IMG/VR virus record: IMGVR_UViG_3300037067_006949
Coordinates: 61,427 to 125,426 of that record
Strand: one strand, 5' to 3'
DNA from: a virus
Lineage: Duplodnaviria > Caudoviricetes
DNA: 64,000 nucleotides
Part shown: piece by piece, positions 60,086 to 64,000 of the stretch
Position numbering within the stretch: position 1 is the stretch's first letter
Layout: each line of letters starts with the position of its first letter
The notes under the pieces: model-generated
The model's input: only the letters and a program-made list of their open reading frames with translations
Told to the model about the DNA's origin: nothing
Databases searched by the model: none
Translations under genes and position numbers: made by a program

Positions 60086-61165
60086 TTAAGAATTTATCAT
60101 AACGCTATTATATTCTTCTTCTGTAATTATATTTAATTTTGCTTTATATCCATAAAGATATATGGCGGCTTCATTATATGCTATGGCAGCCAATATCTCA
60201 TTATCAAAAAGTCCAAGATATAATCTTCCATCGTCAGACATAATTCTGGCTTGAAATTTTTTAGAAGCCTTATGAAAATTTACTCCAATAAAATTACTAC
60301 TAGGATTCAATTTAATTTTTTTTGTTCCTCTACCAGAATCAGAGAGATTTTTTCTATATTCATCAGTCAATGGTCTTTCCTTCATAATGGCAGACCATTT
60401 CTCTTTTCTCTCTTTTGTCCAAGAATCTGAAATTTTCTTGTTTCTATCTTCCGAATAAATTATACCCTTCCTAGAATCAGACATTTTCTTTTTGGTTTCT
60501 TCGGATGCTCTTTTTCCTTTTTTTATATCTGACATCTTTTTTAAAGATTCGGGAGTATGCTTTTTGCCTTTCATAGGAGATGGATTACCCATCTTTGCTT
60601 CTGACATTTTCTTTTTAGATTCATCAGAAACTTCATGCCCCATATTAGATAAAGATATTTTTAACCTAGTTTCTTCGCTATTTTTTCTAAGTTTTCCCGC
60701 ATCAGATTGCTTCTTTCTAGTCTCTTCTGTTGGGATATATCCCATATGACCCTCAGAAAGATGTTTTCGATATTCTTCAGACCTTGGAGGTTGAGCCTTT
60801 GCAGATTCAGACATTTTTTGTTTTGTTTCTTCAGTATGCTTTCTTCCACTCATAGGTGGCTCTCCTATGGGGGCAATATTATATCCATTTTTATTATCCA
60901 TTGAACCAAATTTATCAACCCAAAATAATTCTCTTTCAGTTAAAATATTTTTATCACATTCTTCAACAACGTAAATAATAAAATTTTCTTCTCCATATTT
61001 TGACCAAGACCTTTGTAATACAATACATTGGTCAATACCCAAATTTAATTGTCTCTTATGTTGATTTATTCTAACTCTTATATTTTTGGATTGACCAATA
61101 TATTTTTTGCCATCTAAAATATTTTCAAAACAATAAATTCCGCCATTCTTAGTAAATTTTTCCAT
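60086..61165 (-). CDS. GIY-YIG homing endonuclease with NUMOD3-like repeats and AP2-like C-terminus
   Basis: GIYCFENILDGKKYIGQS..R...H; GYN; many [ST]EE[TS]xxKMS repeats; FIGV...YLGLF...AA.AYN. Confidence 0.92.
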   Translation of the reverse strand: MEKFTKNGGIYCFENILDGKKYIGQSKNIRVRINQHKRQLNLGIDQCIVLQRSWSKYGEENFIIYVVEECDKNILTERELFWVDKFGSMDNKNGYNIAPIGEPPMSGRKHTEETKQKMSESAKAQPPRSEEYRKHLSEGHMGYIPTEETRKKQSDAGKLRKNSEETRLKISLSNMGHEVSDESKKKMSEAKMGNPSPMKGKKHTPESLKKMSDIKKGKRASEETKKKMSDSRKGIIYSEDRNKKISDSWTKERKEKWSAIMKERPLTDEYRKNLSDSGRGTKKIKLNPSSNFIGVNFHKASKKFQARIMSDDGRLYLGLFDNEILAAIAYNEAAIYLYGYKAKLNIITEEEYNSVMINS

Positions 61166-61250
61166 TTTATACCCTCAAGCCCTTAAAATAAAAATGGGAA
61201 GAGGGGCTTCTCTTGTCAGCAAGCTCATGACTTCCTGCCTATCCCATCTT
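61166..61250 (-). promoter_or_regulatory. Structured 5' leader (three stems plus pseudoknot), copy 1
   Basis: AGAUGGG-AUAG-GCAGG[aagUCAUGAg]CUUGC-UGAC-AAGAG[AAGCCC]CUCUU-CCCAUUU; the loop is complementary to GGGCUU next to the RBS. Confidence 0.7.
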
Positions 61251-61281
61251 TCACTACCTAAATTTACTTAAAAACAATATT

Positions 61282-62601
61282 TTATGCGACCACTACGTTC
61301 ATAACGTCAACGACACCAAATTCTTCATCGAAAATAAAGCATTGAGTTCTCTTTTCAGATTGTTGATAACCTCTTTCATTAGTCCATCTAGACCAACCCG
61401 AAATTGTAGGCAAGCGGTATATCTCAAGAAAACCTTGCTTTTCGTAAGCCATGGCGGTATGCAAGTGAGCCAAAATCCAATACATGTGCAATGAATCGCT
61501 CCACTCATCTTTTGCTTCTGTGGTAATAATTTCCAAAGCACGTTTAATAGGAACATCATGAGACATAGCAATCAAATTCTTACCAAACTTATAATATTTT
61601 CGTGGAACAGGAGAATTTTCAAAAGTTACATTTCTATCGCCCCTAAAATAAAATTCAACGGCTTTTGATATTCCATAATAAGAATGTGTGTCGTGATTTG
61701 AATTTACAGAATAAACTTCAACTGGTGCAATCGGAAGGAACGATTCGATCATCTTAATAACCAACTCTGTTGCACTATCCACCATATCAAACCATGAAGT
61801 GTCATTGTCCTGTGGAGTTCCGGCAGTTGTCGTTCCAAAAATATTATCGCAATTCAAGAAGTCATTTCCGAGCAAAAGCACAACTTTTTCGAACTTTTGT
61901 CCTTTTATTCTTTGCAATATTTGAGAAATTGCCTTCTGAACTAAATCTTCTGCAATGGTCATATTATATTCATTGCCAGTTGATTTTTGCGTCGCCATCA
62001 TACCATAATGTAAATCTGCAAATGGAACAAACAACATTTTGCCATTTGATACATAATCTGCTTTATATTTTAATTTATTGAAATTTTTGCTTGCGAGATT
62101 ATCAAAAAGTTGATCTACATTTTTCTCAGTCCATTCATTTTTCTTTTTTACTAAACGAACTTCGATGTGGTAAAGCGGAACAATAAGCATTTTTCCGGTG
62201 TCATCTACATCGCCTTTTATTACTTTGCCATTTTCTACTTGCCACTGTACTTTACGATCTTTGCGATATCCTTCACTGGTCTTTACTTTGAATCGTTCAA
62301 CTTCCCACTTATCTGTGTCAATATTAAATTGTTTAATAATATCTTCTTGCGTGAGCATACGTTTTGAGGCGCAAACTACATTAATAAACCCGTCACCCTC
62401 TTCATAGGACGAACCAGTTTCAAAATCCTCTTGTTCATTTTTTGCAGGAATACCCTGTCTCTTTCTTGCGCTTTTAAATGCCCACCGTAGATTTTCGCCG
62501 CTCTGGTAGCCCCATTTTACTGCTAATGTTTTTAAAGTTTCTCCTAGTGTATAATTTGATAAATAATGCTTATATACGTCATCAAAAACTTCTTTTCTCA
62601 A
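61282..62601 (-). CDS. Calcineurin-like metallophosphoesterase
   Basis: ADLHYG, GNDF, SNHD, SHD, AHLH; TTG start at 62601 after AGGAG. Confidence 0.82.
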   Translation of the reverse strand: MRKEVFDDVYKHYLSNYTLGETLKTLAVKWGYQSGENLRWAFKSARKRQGIPAKNEQEDFETGSSYEEGDGFINVVCASKRMLTQEDIIKQFNIDTDKWEVERFKVKTSEGYRKDRKVQWQVENGKVIKGDVDDTGKMLIVPLYHIEVRLVKKKNEWTEKNVDQLFDNLASKNFNKLKYKADYVSNGKMLFVPFADLHYGMMATQKSTGNEYNMTIAEDLVQKAISQILQRIKGQKFEKVVLLLGNDFLNCDNIFGTTTAGTPQDNDTSWFDMVDSATELVIKMIESFLPIAPVEVYSVNSNHDTHSYYGISKAVEFYFRGDRNVTFENSPVPRKYYKFGKNLIAMSHDVPIKRALEIITTEAKDEWSDSLHMYWILAHLHTAMAYEKQGFLEIYRLPTISGWSRWTNERGYQQSEKRTQCFIFDEEFGVVDVMNVVVA

Positions 62602-62662
62602 AGTTATCTCCTTGATAAATTCTTTGTTAAATAAAATATGAAGGCACAAATATGCCCTCTAG

Positions 62663-62739
62663 AGCCTTAAGGGGGAATCGAACCCGAACCAACCTAGCGA
62701 TTACAGATCGCTCGCTCTGCCAATATGAGCTATTAAGGC
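62663..62739 (-). tRNA. tRNA-Thr(UGU)-like gene, atypical
   Basis: Acceptor GCCTTAA/TTAAGGC; D arm GCTC/GAGC; anticodon stem AGCGA/TCGCT with loop TC-TGT-AA; TTCGATT T loop. C at position 33, 3-nt bulge in the T stem, no encoded CCA. Confidence 0.7.
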
Positions 62740-62759
62740 CTAATGGCATTTAGCCATTT

Positions 62760-63365
62760 TTACTTCCTATTTATTCTCGAACTTTTTCTGTTTTTTCCAA
62801 CCCTCTTATAGGTATCTGTTAATGAATGACAGTTTGGGCATAAAATCTCCACGTTAGACAAAACATTATTGTTAGCATTGCCATCAGCATGATGCATATC
62901 CAAGCAGACAGTACCCGACGTCGGATTCTGAACTCCCCAACCACATTTTTGGCATTTAGAATCGTATTTTAACATCAAATATTTTCTAAGAGAACTAGAA
63001 GAAACGTTTTCTCCGCATTCTATCTTTTTGGCAACTTCTTTCAATCGAAACAACGATTGACACTTAAAAGAGCAATATTTAAAACTATGTCTATCAATTT
63101 TTTTTCCACAAAAAATACAAAAATGTTTTTTCGGTTTATGATTTTTATTAAATTTAAAACTCATAGCTAACCCCACACAACTTTGCGAACAATATTTATT
63201 TTTTCTTCTATCATAAAAAATAGGTTTTCCACATTGAATGCATAAATTAGGATTTTTATAATATTCATCTTCTTTTATTTTGTTATTTGCCCTTTTGTTT
63301 ATCCATCCCCTTTGTATGGCATCTATTGATCTCTGCCTGCTCTCTTCTGATTTATAATAAGACAT
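62760..63365 (-). CDS. HNH endonuclease with zinc-finger repeats, adjacent to the tRNA
   Basis: CQKC...LDMHHADGNANNNVLSNVEILCPNCHS; two CxxC..YCS..C units. Confidence 0.88.
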   Translation of the reverse strand: MSYYKSEESRQRSIDAIQRGWINKRANNKIKEDEYYKNPNLCIQCGKPIFYDRRKNKYCSQSCVGLAMSFKFNKNHKPKKHFCIFCGKKIDRHSFKYCSFKCQSLFRLKEVAKKIECGENVSSSSLRKYLMLKYDSKCQKCGWGVQNPTSGTVCLDMHHADGNANNNVLSNVEILCPNCHSLTDTYKRVGKNRKSSRINRK

Positions 63366-63467
63366 TTATTTCCTTTCCTGAGAATAAATCTTCCTGATAA
63401 ATTAATAAAAAGAGAAGAACTCAGGAATTCTTATCAAAGCGTTCATGATGCGCTTCTATCTCTTTTT
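63366..63467 (-). promoter_or_regulatory. Structured 5' leader (three stems plus pseudoknot), copy 2
   Basis: AAAAAGAG-AUAG-AAGCG[caUCAUGAa]CGCUU-UGAU-AAGAAUU[CCUG]AGUUCUU-CUCUUUUU; UUCCUGAG is complementary to CUCAGGAA next to the RBS. Confidence 0.7.
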
Positions 63468-63472
63468 ATGTG

Positions 63473-63755
63473 TCTTGGGGCTGACGAATAATCTGCAACA
63501 ATAAAAATGTCAGCCCCAAGATAAGAAAAATTCTTCCCTTTCGGGCATCCATAAAAACGCTTCCCATAATTATATGGGCATCTTTACAGTCACACAGGCG
63601 CGACCCGTGAGGCCACATTTCTGTGGACTTAAAATTCTGATGCTTTCGCAGAGCAGAGACGTTACAGCATCCCATTTATTTGGTAGAGAAACACCTGATG
63701 TTACATTTGAACTCGACCTCTTATTAGTCGCATGTCGAGTAGCGACTCACATTTG
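63473..63755 (-). ncRNA. Candidate structured non-coding RNA
   Basis: Downstream of a promoter; 5' H-type pseudoknot, GAAA-capped stems, 13-bp terminal stem; no convincing ORF. Confidence 0.55.
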
Positions 63756-63762
63756 TTATATT

Positions 63763-63791
63763 ATATTACCATACTATTACAAATTTGTCAA
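63763..63791 (-). promoter_or_regulatory. Sigma70-type promoter
   Basis: TTGACA, 17 nt spacer ending TGG, TAATAT. Confidence 0.7.
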
Positions 63792-63818
63792 GGTTAAAAC
63801 TTGCTTAAAATATTACTT

Positions 63819-63998
63819 TTATGGAAGGGGCAGATTTTTATATACCTGAAAACTAGTAGGAGTTGAATATCCCGTAAAGTCAGGCATTTCAAGATATGCT
63901 TGAACATTATATACGCCCACCTGATCCAAATCTCCTGATAAGGTCTTATAGTAAAGTATGCCATCTGTGCCATCAGTTAGAAAACTTCCGCTAGAAGT
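63819..63998 (-). CDS. C-terminal part of a BppU/Ig-like structural protein, truncated by the window
   Basis: TSSGSFLTDGTDGILYYKTLSGDLDQVGVYNVQAYL...FQVYKNLPLP*. Confidence 0.6.
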   Translation of the reverse strand, partial: TSSGSFLTDGTDGILYYKTLSGDLDQVGVYNVQAYLEMPDFTGYSTPTSFQVYKNLPLP

Positions 63999-64000
63999 TA

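Noticed and set aside
62690-62712. tRNA-Tyr(GUA) reading of the anticodon loop
   Set aside because: The 5-bp stem with a 7-nt loop centres on TGT, the variable arm is short and the body is Thr-like.
63473-63521. GGGGCTGA as a tmRNA 5' end
   Set aside because: It is one arm of a local 13-bp hairpin; no tRNA-like 3' end or tag reading frame was found.
793-63849. The many 60-145 aa antisense or nested ORFs in the track
   Set aside because: They overlap well-supported genes and have no recognisable motifs; treated as shadow ORFs.
1-64000. Stop-codon reassignment
   Set aside because: Genes are full length under the standard code and end in TAA, TAG and TGA; the only fragmented long gene is explained by introns.

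Overview
A 64 kb AT-rich piece of a large tailed dsDNA phage genome (siphovirus-like; gene order resembles SPbeta-type phages). No host housekeeping genes are present. There are two convergent arms that meet at a bidirectional terminator at about 23.39 kb. The + arm (1-23.4 kb) encodes primase-helicase, a Cas4-like exonuclease and DnaE, then a 13 kb glycan locus (CDP-3,6-dideoxyhexose enzymes, a sugar methyltransferase and about 8-9 soluble glycosyltransferase-like proteins), then nucleotide metabolism (5'-nucleotidase, dNMP kinase, class II RNR, dUTPase). The - arm (23.4-64 kb) encodes lysis, tail, tape measure, neck, capsid, protease/scaffold, ferritin, a papain-like protease, portal, terminase, PhoH, a metallophosphoesterase, a tRNA-Thr-like gene and homing endonucleases. 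Main discoveries: (1) a Ser-Gly-Ser tripeptide is strongly enriched in predicted surface-exposed virion proteins but absent from the tape measure and major capsid proteins; together with the glycan locus this suggests a phage-encoded virion O-glycosylation system with its own sequon and a rare dideoxy sugar; (2) the tape measure gene is split by two group I introns with splice sites resolvable to the nucleotide, each carrying an endonuclease ORF and a sigma70-type promoter; (3) a covarying three-stem RNA leader with an RBS-adjacent pseudoknot precedes two unrelated homing endonuclease genes; (4) a roughly 280 nt structured ncRNA candidate; (5) a recurrent intergenic CATAAAA-N6-TTTTAAG motif. 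All family calls come from motif recognition by eye; no searches were run.
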